Assembly: GCA_050298055.1 (NCBI GenBank)
Contig: JBNKTL010000004.1
Span: forward strand, 1-34,212
Direction: 5' to 3'
DNA from: Spirochaetota bacterium
GTDB lineage: Bacteria > Spirochaetota > UBA4802 > UBA5550
DNA length: 34,212 nt
The notes beneath the pieces were generated by a model. It saw nothing but the letters and a program-made list of their open reading frames with translations, made no database searches and was not told the origin of the DNA. Made by a program: the position numbers and the translations under genes. Positions 17,099-26,178 of this stretch are shown here, in pieces; position 1 is the stretch's first letter, and each line of letters starts with the position of its first letter.

Positions 17099-18358
17099 CT
17101 ACTCATCATCAGGATAGCGTGCCGTGATGGCGTGGATAACGTCCTGGGACTCGAAAAAGACTTCAACAAGGTCGGGATCGAACTTCTTCCCCGATGAGTT
17201 CTTTATCTCCCTGAGAACATCCTCCTCCGTCCATGGCTCCTTGTAGACCCTTTTGTGGATCAAGGCGTCATAAACATCCGCCAGGGCGACAATTCTCCCG
17301 AATATGGGGATCTCTTCACCCCTGAGGGGCAGGGGGTTCCCCTCTGTGTCCTTCTCAAGTGCTTTCCCGGTGTAAATGTCCACCCGTCCGGGGTAGCCGG
17401 TACCGTCCCAGTTCTCATGGTGGGTCAGGGCAACAACGGACGACATTTCGTCAAATTCAGAGTGTTTCTGCTTGAAAAGCTTTGCGCCCTCTATGGTGTG
17501 GGTCTTCATGATCTCGTATTCATCCGGGTCAAACCTGCCCGGTTTTTTCAGGATAAGGTCGGATATGGCAACCTTTCCCACATCATGGAGCATGGCCGAC
17601 ATTCTGAGAATGTCACGGTTGTCCTCAATCTCATGTTCCGATACACCTTTGTGCCTGGCCCAGCGTTCATAGATTTCAACGGAATAGGCGGCGACCCTGT
17701 TTACATGGGGCCCGGTCTCTTTGGGGTCCCTGAGCTCGGCAAGGTTGATCATCCTGAGAATAAGGGCTCGTGTCATTCGTGCCCTCTGCAGTATCATGCT
17801 GGTAATATTGGCGAAATGGAGGGCGATCATCTCGTCATCGGCGCTGAAAGCCCCCACCTCCTTGTCGTCTATTGTTATGCCATCACCGGTAAGGTCGGGA
17901 TTAAACGAATTAATGATCTGCATGACACCCAGGACTTCACTCCGTACATTTTTCAGTGGTATCGTGAGCATGGACTTGGTCCTGTAGTTTGACTTCTTGT
18001 CGTTTGTGGGATTAAAACTGTAGGGAGTGTCATCGGGAATTTTATATGCGTCGGGGATATTGATAATATCCCCTGTCATTGCGGAGTAGCCTGATATAGA
18101 CCCCCTGTTTATCTTTGTCCTGAATGTTTTATAGATCAGTTTATGGTTCCGGGGAAGTTTTTTTTGTATGGATTCGGTCTGAACATGGCTGAATATGAGT
18201 TCATCTCCTTCGCGTATCTGAATGGATGCGGCATCGGCATTGAGTATCCTCCTGGCTTCGGTGAGTATTCTGTCGAGGAGTATGTCAAGGTCCTGTACGT
18301 TGTTCAGTTCAGAGCTGAGATTTATAATTTCATTGAGTTTTACCGTATCATCAAGCAT
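17099..18358 (-). CDS. GAF + HD-GYP c-di-GMP phosphodiesterase
   Basis: GAF region (YRTKSMLTIPL). ETGPHVNRV, LHDVGK, HHENWDGTGYP, DVYDAL..R.YK. Confidence 0.93.
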   Translation of the reverse strand: MLDDTVKLNEIINLSSELNNVQDLDILLDRILTEARRILNADAASIQIREGDELIFSHVQTESIQKKLPRNHKLIYKTFRTKINRGSISGYSAMTGDIINIPDAYKIPDDTPYSFNPTNDKKSNYRTKSMLTIPLKNVRSEVLGVMQIINSFNPDLTGDGITIDDKEVGAFSADDEMIALHFANITSMILQRARMTRALILRMINLAELRDPKETGPHVNRVAAYSVEIYERWARHKGVSEHEIEDNRDILRMSAMLHDVGKVAISDLILKKPGRFDPDEYEIMKTHTIEGAKLFKQKHSEFDEMSSVVALTHHENWDGTGYPGRVDIYTGKALEKDTEGNPLPLRGEEIPIFGRIVALADVYDALIHKRVYKEPWTEEDVLREIKNSSGKKFDPDLVEVFFESQDVIHAITARYPDDE

Positions 18359-18555
18359 ACAAAATTACATCCTTATGGAGTCCGTTAGTATTTTACACAT
18401 ATCTCTATCAAACTGGTGACATCATTAATCGATGCAAATAATAACCATGGGGAGTTTTTTTTCAATTATTTTATGGTTAACTAAAAAAATTAAATTTTTA
18501 ACTCTTCAGTTTTAAAATAGGAAATGATAATATAGGTTGCGGGGACATATTTATG

Positions 18556-20469
18556 TCAGTCGTATATTTCAAGTTTCTTAACTTCATCGGTTTCTTTTAA
18601 AGTAAAAAATCCTATCATTTTTTTCAGTTCTTCCGCGTGAGCTTTAAGTTCTTCTGAAGTTGCGGCCATATTCTCCGATGAACTTGCATTATGCTGAGAA
18701 ATTTCATTTAACTGGTCCATGCCGGTATTAATCTGGTTTACCGCGGCATCCTGTTCATCTGAAGTAATTGTAATATCCTGTATCAGGCTTGCGGTTTTTT
18801 CGATATTGGGAATAATTTCATTTATGGTATTTGTTGCTTCTTCTGAAATATTGAAACTGTCTGAAGCAAGACTATTGATTTCCTGGGAGGACAACTGGCT
18901 TTTTTCCGCAAGTTTTCTTACTTCACCTGCTACTACCGCAAAGCCCTTTCCATGCTCCCCGGCTCGTGCAGCCTCAATAGCGGCATTAAGGGCCAAAAGA
19001 TTGGTCTGGTATGCAATATCCTCAATGAGTACAATTTTTTCAGATATTTTTTTCATTGCTTCCATTGTCTCGTTAACGGCTTTCCCTCCCTGTGCTGCCT
19101 GTTCAGCAGATTTTCTCGCAATTTCATTGGTAATTTTTGAATTACTGGTGTTCTGTTTGATGCTGGCCCCGATTTCTTCAAGGGACGACGTAATCTCCTG
19201 AACATTTGATGCCTGCTGGCTTGAACCGGAACTCAGGTCCTCCGCTGATGAACTGATATCATTGGAAATTTCTGCCAGTGAATTCGCCCTCGTCTTTATT
19301 TCAGTAAGAATATTACTTATCCTGGTTATGATTTTATCAAAGTGATTTGCCAGGTCACCAATTTCATCATCCTGGTTGATATTCATTGTTACGTTCAGCT
19401 TTCCCTCAGAAAATTTATTTGCCACTTCCTTTATCCTGCTCACCGGTCCTGTAATCAGCCGGGCAGTCAGGAAAGAGAGAATCAGTATGATCAAAAGAGC
19501 AATAAGGGCCATTGTAATAACGAGTGTTATTTGAGACATCTTCAGGTGTTCGAGTTTATCGGTTGAATCCGACAGAAGAAGGACAGTCCCGATATGGCTG
19601 TTCTTGAAATCTTTGATTTTAAAATATTTTATATACTGGTTCTTGAATCGCTCGAGATTATCGGGGTTTGTCACGGAGAGTTTCTTTTCATTTATGGATG
19701 AAAAGAGGCCGCCCCTTTCAAATTTTGTCGAAGCGACATATGTGTAATTTCCTATTGAGAAGTTCAGGTAATCCTTGTCTTTTACAGAGGCAACTTTTTT
19801 CTGGATTATTGAAGCAGTTTCTTTTTTAAGGAAAATGATGATATTGTCTGTCTTATCAAGGTATTTATATATCTGCTTCAGGGGAAATAAAACTTCCACG
19901 GAACCGTAGTAAATGCCTTTTTCCGTAATTGGTGCGAGACCCCTTATCACAAGTCCTCCTCTCCCCACTTCAATGGCTGTAATCGGTTTGTGATTTTTTG
20001 ACAGATCAAGGACTGTATGCCTGAAACCTGATATATCATCCCCGCCTTCTCCTTTTTTCCCGGCTTTCCATAACCGCAAAAAACTCTTCGCGGGAGGTTT
20101 ATGATAGTGTATTTTTATAAGTTTCAGGTTCATGTTTTCCAGGAACTTTTTATAATACCCCAGTGTTAGTTTTGTTAATAATTTTCTTCCCTCTTTTTCG
20201 TTTTTCATCTTATATGCTTCTGCAACTCCGTCAATAGAGGACATCCCCGTGGCGATCCAGAGGGCCTTTTCACCGATTCTCCTGATATTTTCCTCAGTAT
20301 TATATATTTTATAATCGATTGATTTTTTTATGTCGTTCTCAATGCCTTTTTTCAGAAGATTATTCTGATAGATAAAACCTCCCAGGAAAAGAGGGGTGAT
20401 GGTTATAATAACAAGAATGATGAATTTTTTATTAATTGAGTTTAATTTAATAAGGCTGAATAATTTCAT
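18556..20469 (-). CDS. methyl-accepting chemotaxis protein (Cache sensor, HAMP, signalling domain)
   Basis: Two TM segments, [49 protein letters not shown]. Confidence 0.96.
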   Translation of the reverse strand: MKLFSLIKLNSINKKFIILVIITITPLFLGGFIYQNNLLKKGIENDIKKSIDYKIYNTEENIRRIGEKALWIATGMSSIDGVAEAYKMKNEKEGRKLLTKLTLGYYKKFLENMNLKLIKIHYHKPPAKSFLRLWKAGKKGEGGDDISGFRHTVLDLSKNHKPITAIEVGRGGLVIRGLAPITEKGIYYGSVEVLFPLKQIYKYLDKTDNIIIFLKKETASIIQKKVASVKDKDYLNFSIGNYTYVASTKFERGGLFSSINEKKLSVTNPDNLERFKNQYIKYFKIKDFKNSHIGTVLLLSDSTDKLEHLKMSQITLVITMALIALLIILILSFLTARLITGPVSRIKEVANKFSEGKLNVTMNINQDDEIGDLANHFDKIITRISNILTEIKTRANSLAEISNDISSSAEDLSSGSSQQASNVQEITSSLEEIGASIKQNTSNSKITNEIARKSAEQAAQGGKAVNETMEAMKKISEKIVLIEDIAYQTNLLALNAAIEAARAGEHGKGFAVVAGEVRKLAEKSQLSSQEINSLASDSFNISEEATNTINEIIPNIEKTASLIQDITITSDEQDAAVNQINTGMDQLNEISQHNASSSENMAATSEELKAHAEELKKMIGFFTLKETDEVKKLEIYD

Positions 20470-20706
20470 TTGAAAAGCCCTCCATTTTGGTTTTCCCTGA
20501 ATAATTCAATAATAATAATCTCACTGTAAATTATATATCAATGTATATTTGCAGTCAATAGAATAAATGAGTCGGTGCAAAGAGTTGTTGCAAAAAATTT
20601 TGTTTTCATGAGTTTTTATCTATTGCAATAATAAAGAAATTAATTTAGAGGTATCCTGCTCTGTCATTATCAGGTATGATATTTCATCAACGGGAGTAAT
20701 ATTATT

Positions 20707-22686
20707 ATGAATAACATGAAAAAGCACTCCATCAAGCTGAGTTTTTATTTTCTGGCTGTTGCGGTTTTTATTGGTTTTTTTCAAAAATCTCTCAAAAGTC
20801 AGGATTGGCCCATATACAAGGGAAACATCTACTTTACCGGCAACAATGACGAAGTCATTGTAAAAAATAATAATCTCAAGTGGCTTTACCAGGCGGATGA
20901 CAGGATCTTCAACCCGGTTGTTTCAGACGGCAGGGTATACTTCCTTGACCTTAAAGGATTTCTCTACTGTCTCGATGAAGAGTATGGGAAGCTCATATGG
21001 AAACAGAATATCAGGCAGATATCCAGACAGTTCAGGGCGCTGTCACGGGCGGCAGGGAAGGTGAAATATCCCCTGATAAAGGGGAACACCCTCTTCCTTA
21101 CCGATCCGGTTGCTATATACGCGTTTGACAAGAGAACGGGCAGTGTCCTCTGGGCGAGAACGGGAATGAGGCTTGAACAGGACCGGGGTGTGGGTATGTA
21201 TAACAAGGGGGTCAGAGCGTTAGTTGACGGCATATACTCTGACCCGGTCCTCCATGAAAACAGAATATATTATGGAACACGGAAGATGTTCCTGGCACGG
21301 GAGATACTCAACGGCCACCAGGAGTGGGAGAACACCGGCATTAAGTCATACAGCGGATTCCCCACTTTTTATGACTTTATGATTTTTACACAGTCCATGG
21401 ACTATTCAACAGGGATCTACACAATCCACTGTCTCGATTCCCGGACAGGCCGGGAGATGTGGGCGAAACGGATTGAGAAACCAATGAAAATATTTCCTCC
21501 TGTAATCTACAAGAGAAAACTCTATGTTCCCACCGGCGAGAGCATCTACTGCCTTGATATCAAAGACGGTTCCATCATCTGGTCGAAAAACTACGGGAGC
21601 TATATAACCTCCAATCCGAGCTTCACAGACAGGGCTATCCTTTTTTCCATTGATAACAGCGATATTGCGGTAATCGATCCGGAAAACGGGAGGATAACAA
21701 AGAAGATAAAGGTCTCGCCGAAATCCGGGCCACTCTATATCACTATCAGGGACCAGATCTACTATGCCTATAACGCATACAGAAATGTAAAAAACAGGAA
21801 AGTCCCCTATGGAATTCTTATGGCAGTTGATTTCAGTGAAAACAGGAATATCTGGAACTATAAGACCCCTTTCCCCGGGGCAATATCCCAGCCCATAGCA
21901 TCAAAGGGGATACTCTTTCTGCCTGCAGGGAATTATCTCTACGCAATCGGTACGGAATACTATGCCAGGGTTGTTGACGGAGGCAGCGGGTTTGCCGTAC
22001 CTCCCGGAAAGAAAGACAGTTCCAAGGATGTGCTGCCTCCTGACAGAAGAATGGGTGATAAAAGGAGCGGAAAGGATAAAGAGATAAAGATGAGAAAGAT
22101 GGATATCTCAATTACCGATAAAAACGGCCGGGGTCTTCCCGCGGAAGTTGATATTACCAAACGTGAGAGGGGCAGGATCGTTTATCGCAAGAGGGTGCGG
22201 GTGGACAAAAAGGGGAAAATCGATGTCCCCGCCGGCAAGGGGTCAGAGCTGATTATAACAGCCCCCGGCTACATGCCGAAAAAGGTTGAGGTTAATGAGA
22301 ATGAAAAGGAGAAGAAGATCGTCCTTGATAGAATAGAAGAGGGCAAAGGGATTGTTGTTGATAACATCCAATTCGAGTTTGACAAATGGTACCTTAAGAA
22401 GAAGTCCCTGGATATTCTTGACAGGATCATCAAGGTCATGAAGGGGCGGCCTGACCTGAAATTTGAAGTAAGAGGACACACAGACAGTACCGGTAAGCCC
22501 TCATATAATAAGAAGCTTTCCGAAAGACGTGCGGATGCCGTGGTTGAGTATATGATAAAGAACGGAATATCCCCGGAACGTCTTGTGGCGAAAGGTTTTG
22601 GGGAGACAAAACCCATTGCTTCCAACAAGTCCAGGGAGGGGAGAAAGAAAAACAGGAGGACCGAATTCTTTATCCTGAAAAAGTAG
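20707..22686 (+). CDS. exported PQQ-like beta-propeller + OmpA/peptidoglycan-binding domain protein
   Basis: Signal peptide, repeated LD..TG..LW motifs, C-terminal GHTD..G...YN..LS.RRA...GR..NRR.E. Confidence 0.9.
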   Translation: MNNMKKHSIKLSFYFLAVAVFIGFFQKSLKSQDWPIYKGNIYFTGNNDEVIVKNNNLKWLYQADDRIFNPVVSDGRVYFLDLKGFLYCLDEEYGKLIWKQNIRQISRQFRALSRAAGKVKYPLIKGNTLFLTDPVAIYAFDKRTGSVLWARTGMRLEQDRGVGMYNKGVRALVDGIYSDPVLHENRIYYGTRKMFLAREILNGHQEWENTGIKSYSGFPTFYDFMIFTQSMDYSTGIYTIHCLDSRTGREMWAKRIEKPMKIFPPVIYKRKLYVPTGESIYCLDIKDGSIIWSKNYGSYITSNPSFTDRAILFSIDNSDIAVIDPENGRITKKIKVSPKSGPLYITIRDQIYYAYNAYRNVKNRKVPYGILMAVDFSENRNIWNYKTPFPGAISQPIASKGILFLPAGNYLYAIGTEYYARVVDGGSGFAVPPGKKDSSKDVLPPDRRMGDKRSGKDKEIKMRKMDISITDKNGRGLPAEVDITKRERGRIVYRKRVRVDKKGKIDVPAGKGSELIITAPGYMPKKVEVNENEKEKKIVLDRIEEGKGIVVDNIQFEFDKWYLKKKSLDILDRIIKVMKGRPDLKFEVRGHTDSTGKPSYNKKLSERRADAVVEYMIKNGISPERLVAKGFGETKPIASNKSREGRKKNRRTEFFILKK

Positions 22687-22690
22687 AGAA

Positions 22691-22856
22691 GGGTCAGAGC
22701 ACTGTTTTCTGGAATAATTGATTTTTGCTCAGAGTAAAATCTGGGGATTAGGGTAGTATTTCTGTACAGGCATCTTGTTTTTGTATAATAGGGAATAGAG
22801 GGGTCAGAGCATAAAATAAGCCAGATGCTGTTATCCTCAATAAAATATGCTCAGAG
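22691..22856. repeat. two copies of a GGGTCAGAGCA...TGCTCAGAG unit
   Basis: Copies at 22691-22734 and 22801-22856. Ends conserved, interiors differ. Confidence 0.65.
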
Positions 22857-23242
22857 AAGATAAAAGAAAACCCGTAGAGAAACATAACTGAAAAAAACGG
22901 TGAAAAAATGAAAAAAATTGAATTGCAGTAGAAAACGTATGAAAATGTGCTATATATTACTATAATCCCTTATATACGCTTATAATCACCTGTCATCAAA
23001 TTAAATAATTCAACCATAGGCAACGAAAATACGAACAGGGAGAATTATCTCCTTGCTTAAGGGTCTTTGAAAACCTATAATCTTAGTGTTTTGTGGGAAT
23101 GGTATTTTCGCGCAGTGTTGCAGTCTTGTATTAGCCCAGATACAAGCCTGAAACACGGACCAGACCCAATTGGCTGTCATATTGGGTAAAAAGCCAATAA
23201 CCTGGTATTGTAATGCTGGTTCTGACTGCCCTCGGGACCGGA

Positions 23243-23278
23243 TGGCAAGGAAGCCAGAATAACACAAATACAAAGGAG
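23243..23278 (+). promoter_or_regulatory. tandem CsrA-binding sites in the flaB leader
   Basis: TGGC-AAGGAA-GCCA hairpin with an ANGGA hexaloop (23243-23256), plus AAGGAG overlapping the SD. Same layout as CsrA-controlled flagellin leaders. Confidence 0.7.
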
Positions 23279-23284
23279 TGTAAA

Positions 23285-24139
23285 ATGATTATTAATCACA
23301 ATATGAGCGCTATAAACGCTAACAGAACATTAAAATTCTCTCAATGGGAAGTATCCAGAAACATGGAAAAACTTTCTTCCGGAGAGAGAATCAACAGGGC
23401 AGGAGATGATGCTTCAGGCCTTGCAGTATCCGAAAAGATGAGGACCCAGATCCAGGGTTTAAGGCAGGCAGAGAGAAATACCGAAGACGGTATGTCCTTT
23501 ATCCAGACGGCGGAAGGATACCTCTCCCAGACTGCAACAATTATCCAGAGGATCAGGGTACTCTCTATTCAATCTGCAAACGGTATCTATTCCAACAGGG
23601 ACAGACAGCTTATTCAGGTTGAAGTATCAGCTCTTGTAGACGAAGTCGACCGTATCGCCTCACAGGCAGAATTTAACAGGTTTAAGGTCCTGACCGGTGA
23701 ATTTTCACGGGTCAATCCCAAGGCCAGCATGTGGTTCCATCTCGGGGCCAACATGAACCAGAGGGAGCGTGTATACATCGGAACCATGACTGCCCAGGCC
23801 TTCAAATTCAGGGACGGGACCGGTAAGGTCACTGTTTCACTCTCTTCTCCTGAAGGTGCAAACAATGCAATAGGCTTTATGGATAATGCATTGCAGACAC
23901 TGGCAAAGCAGAGAGCGGACCTCGGGGCCTACTACAACAGGCTGGACAAAACTGCCCGGGGACTCATGGTGGCCTTTGAAAACATTCAGGCCGCAGAGTC
24001 CAGGATCAGGGATGCCGATATGGCAGACCAAATGGTAGAATTTACCAAGAATCAGGTGCTGGTGCAGAGTGGTATATCCATGCTTGCACAGGCAAACATT
24101 CAATCACAATCAGCGCTAAGATTATTAGGTGGTGTTTAG
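23285..24139 (+). CDS. flaB: flagellar filament core protein FlaB
   Basis: [56 protein letters not shown] before ATG 23285. Confidence 0.97.
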   Translation: MIINHNMSAINANRTLKFSQWEVSRNMEKLSSGERINRAGDDASGLAVSEKMRTQIQGLRQAERNTEDGMSFIQTAEGYLSQTATIIQRIRVLSIQSANGIYSNRDRQLIQVEVSALVDEVDRIASQAEFNRFKVLTGEFSRVNPKASMWFHLGANMNQRERVYIGTMTAQAFKFRDGTGKVTVSLSSPEGANNAIGFMDNALQTLAKQRADLGAYYNRLDKTARGLMVAFENIQAAESRIRDADMADQMVEFTKNQVLVQSGISMLAQANIQSQSALRLLGGV

Positions 24140-24476
24140 TTAAATAAACAGTCGAAAGACTCTTAAGATGAAATAATTGTTCTTTGGAAACTTGATTTGA
24201 TTCTTAACCCTCTTACCCGGGAACTGTCCTTAGGGAACGGGCGGAAGATAGGTTCCGGTAGCCTGTGATGTCGGGAGGCATCACAGGCTGCCGGAATATA
24301 TTCGGAAGCCTGTGTTGTTTGGATTATGGGCAGTCCGGGCAGCATGAAAAGGAGTAAACCTGTGGACCGGTTAAACGGTTCCATTGGGAACAAGATGTTC
24401 CCGGTGAAAAATCCGAAGTTATCTAAAAATTTCTAAAATAGTGGTGACTTCGATTCAGATTCAAGGGAGGGTTACT

Positions 24477-25319
24477 ATGAGAATCAATCACAACATGAGC
24501 GCAGTATTTGCGAACAGGCAGTTACAGGATGTTTCTAACAGGATGGATAAAACCATTGAGAAGCTTGCTTCAGGTGAAGCAATTAACCGCGCCGGTGATG
24601 ATGCTTCCGGACTTGCTGTATCTGAAAAGATGCGGACACAGATCTTAGGTCTGGTTCAGGCAGAAAAGAACACCATGAACGGGTTGTCTTTTATCCAGGT
24701 CGCGGAAGGATCTTTTCAGCAGGTTAATGATATTCTTCAGCGGATCAGGGCTCTGTCTATTCAGTCAGCGAACGGAATTTATTCCAACAGCGACAGGACT
24801 CAGATACAGGTTGAGGTCTCTCAGCTTATTGATGAGGTCGACAGGATATCCACTTCTGCAGAGTTTAACAGGATGAAGATGCTTACCGGGAGATATGCCA
24901 GGGGCAGTAAGACCGGCAGCATGTTCTTTCATGTAGGTGCCAACAGCAATCAGAGAATCAGGGTCTTCATTCAGACCATCAGTTCCAAGGCTCTTAATCT
25001 CATTGACGGGAATAAGAAGCGTACTATTTCAACTGTTGGACAGGCAAACTCCATGATTGGTTATATCGATTCGGCTCTGGAAAAGCTGAATCGTCAGAGG
25101 GCAGATCTCGGGGCTTACTACAACAGGCTTGAAAATACTACAAAGGCACTGGTCAGGTCTCATGAGAACTTAATGGCCGCTGATTCCAGGATTCGCGATG
25201 TAGATATGGCCGCTCAGATGGTTGAGTTTACAAAGGACCAGATTCTCATTCAGACTGGTGTTGCGATGTTGGCTCAGGCTAATTTTAAACCAAAGCTTAT
25301 TATGAAGCTGCTGGATTGA
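24477..25319 (+). CDS. flaB: flagellar filament core protein FlaB (second paralogue)
   Basis: [45 protein letters not shown]. Confidence 0.97.
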   Translation: MRINHNMSAVFANRQLQDVSNRMDKTIEKLASGEAINRAGDDASGLAVSEKMRTQILGLVQAEKNTMNGLSFIQVAEGSFQQVNDILQRIRALSIQSANGIYSNSDRTQIQVEVSQLIDEVDRISTSAEFNRMKMLTGRYARGSKTGSMFFHVGANSNQRIRVFIQTISSKALNLIDGNKKRTISTVGQANSMIGYIDSALEKLNRQRADLGAYYNRLENTTKALVRSHENLMAADSRIRDVDMAAQMVEFTKDQILIQTGVAMLAQANFKPKLIMKLLD

Positions 25320-25365
25320 GAACAAGAACTTATTGATACCGGTAATACAGTGCTGCCGGTTCAGG

Positions 25366-25405
25366 CTCTCCTGCCGGTATATTACCGGCAGGGGGGTATA
25401 TTTTT
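25366..25405 (+). terminator. hairpin terminator/attenuator after the second flaB
   Basis: CTCTCCTGCCGGTA-TAT-TACCGGCAGGGGGG then TATATTTTT. Confidence 0.6.
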
Positions 25406-25452
25406 AATATTTTGATCAAGGAGGTCATTTTTCGTAACAAGGAGGTACGACT

Positions 25453-25797
25453 ATGAACATTGGGAGTATAATTGAACGTATTGATAATTTCAATATGGCC
25501 AGAAATTCAGTTGCAAAGAGTAAGGTGATGAGCACCGGGGAAGTGAAGGGACAGGCTGAAAATCCTGGGCCTGAAAAATCAGAAATCCTTAATGTAATAG
25601 GGAAACTGAACAATTCACTTGAAAATATTAATGAAAAAGTGTCCTTCTCATATCATGAGGAGAACAAAAGGATAATCATCAAGGTCATTGACAGGGAGAC
25701 TAAAGAGGTCGTCAGAGAGATTCCGCCGAAGGATATTGTCAAACTCAGTGAGCATCTCAAGGAATATCTTGGAATGCTGGTTGATGAATCACGATAA
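25453..25797 (+). CDS. flaG: flagellar protein FlaG
   Basis: FSYHEE..RIIIKVIDRETKEVVREIPP...G.LVDE. Lies between flagellin and fliD. Confidence 0.92.
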   Translation: MNIGSIIERIDNFNMARNSVAKSKVMSTGEVKGQAENPGPEKSEILNVIGKLNNSLENINEKVSFSYHEENKRIIIKVIDRETKEVVREIPPKDIVKLSEHLKEYLGMLVDESR

Positions 25798-26030
25798 GTG
25801 AATTATCCGTTTTTTCGTGCTTAAAAAATATATCTGTTAAATCAGGCTTTTGAAAAATGTTTTAAATGCCAGCGGGTGAACTATATACTGAGAAAATAAT
25901 AAAGTGTATTTAAATAAAAGAAAGCCGCTTGTTTAAACAAAAATTGAGGGGAGAATGACGATATTTGTTTAAATAAGCGGCTTTTTAATTTTTACGGGAA
26001 AAAGTTATGTCCCCTCAATTAATTGCTGAT

Positions 26031-26054
26031 TAAAAAAACGAAATTTACCGATAA
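26031..26054 (+). promoter_or_regulatory. possible sigma28 promoter for fliD
   Basis: ACCGATAA -10-like element at 26047-26054. The upstream TAAA is at non-canonical spacing (12 nt). Confidence 0.35.
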
Positions 26055-26178
26055 TATATTGAAAAAGAATGTTTTATTATGTTATTTTGTGAGGGAAGGG
26101 TTATTTTATCTTTCTTCTGAGAAAAGATAACGATAGAGTGACAATTTTAATTCTAATAAGACAATGAGGTAAATTAAA

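Noticed and set aside
22691..22856. Possible mini-CRISPR
   Set aside because: Only two short units, no constant repeat-spacer structure, and no cas genes.
23010..23273. 87-aa minus-strand ORF (and 24163-24393) in the flagellin spacers
   Set aside because: No RBS or family motifs; the sequence is better explained as structured + strand leader.
23213..23284. N-terminal extension of the first FlaB in the ORF track (likewise 24441-24476 for the second)
   Set aside because: Strong SD sequences and the conserved M(I/R)INHN start place the true starts at 23285 and 24477.
23285..25319. Similarity between the two flaB genes as a possible DGR template/variable repeat or phase-variation cassette
   Set aside because: Ordinary paralogue divergence, with both ORFs intact and no reverse transcriptase or recombinase in the window.
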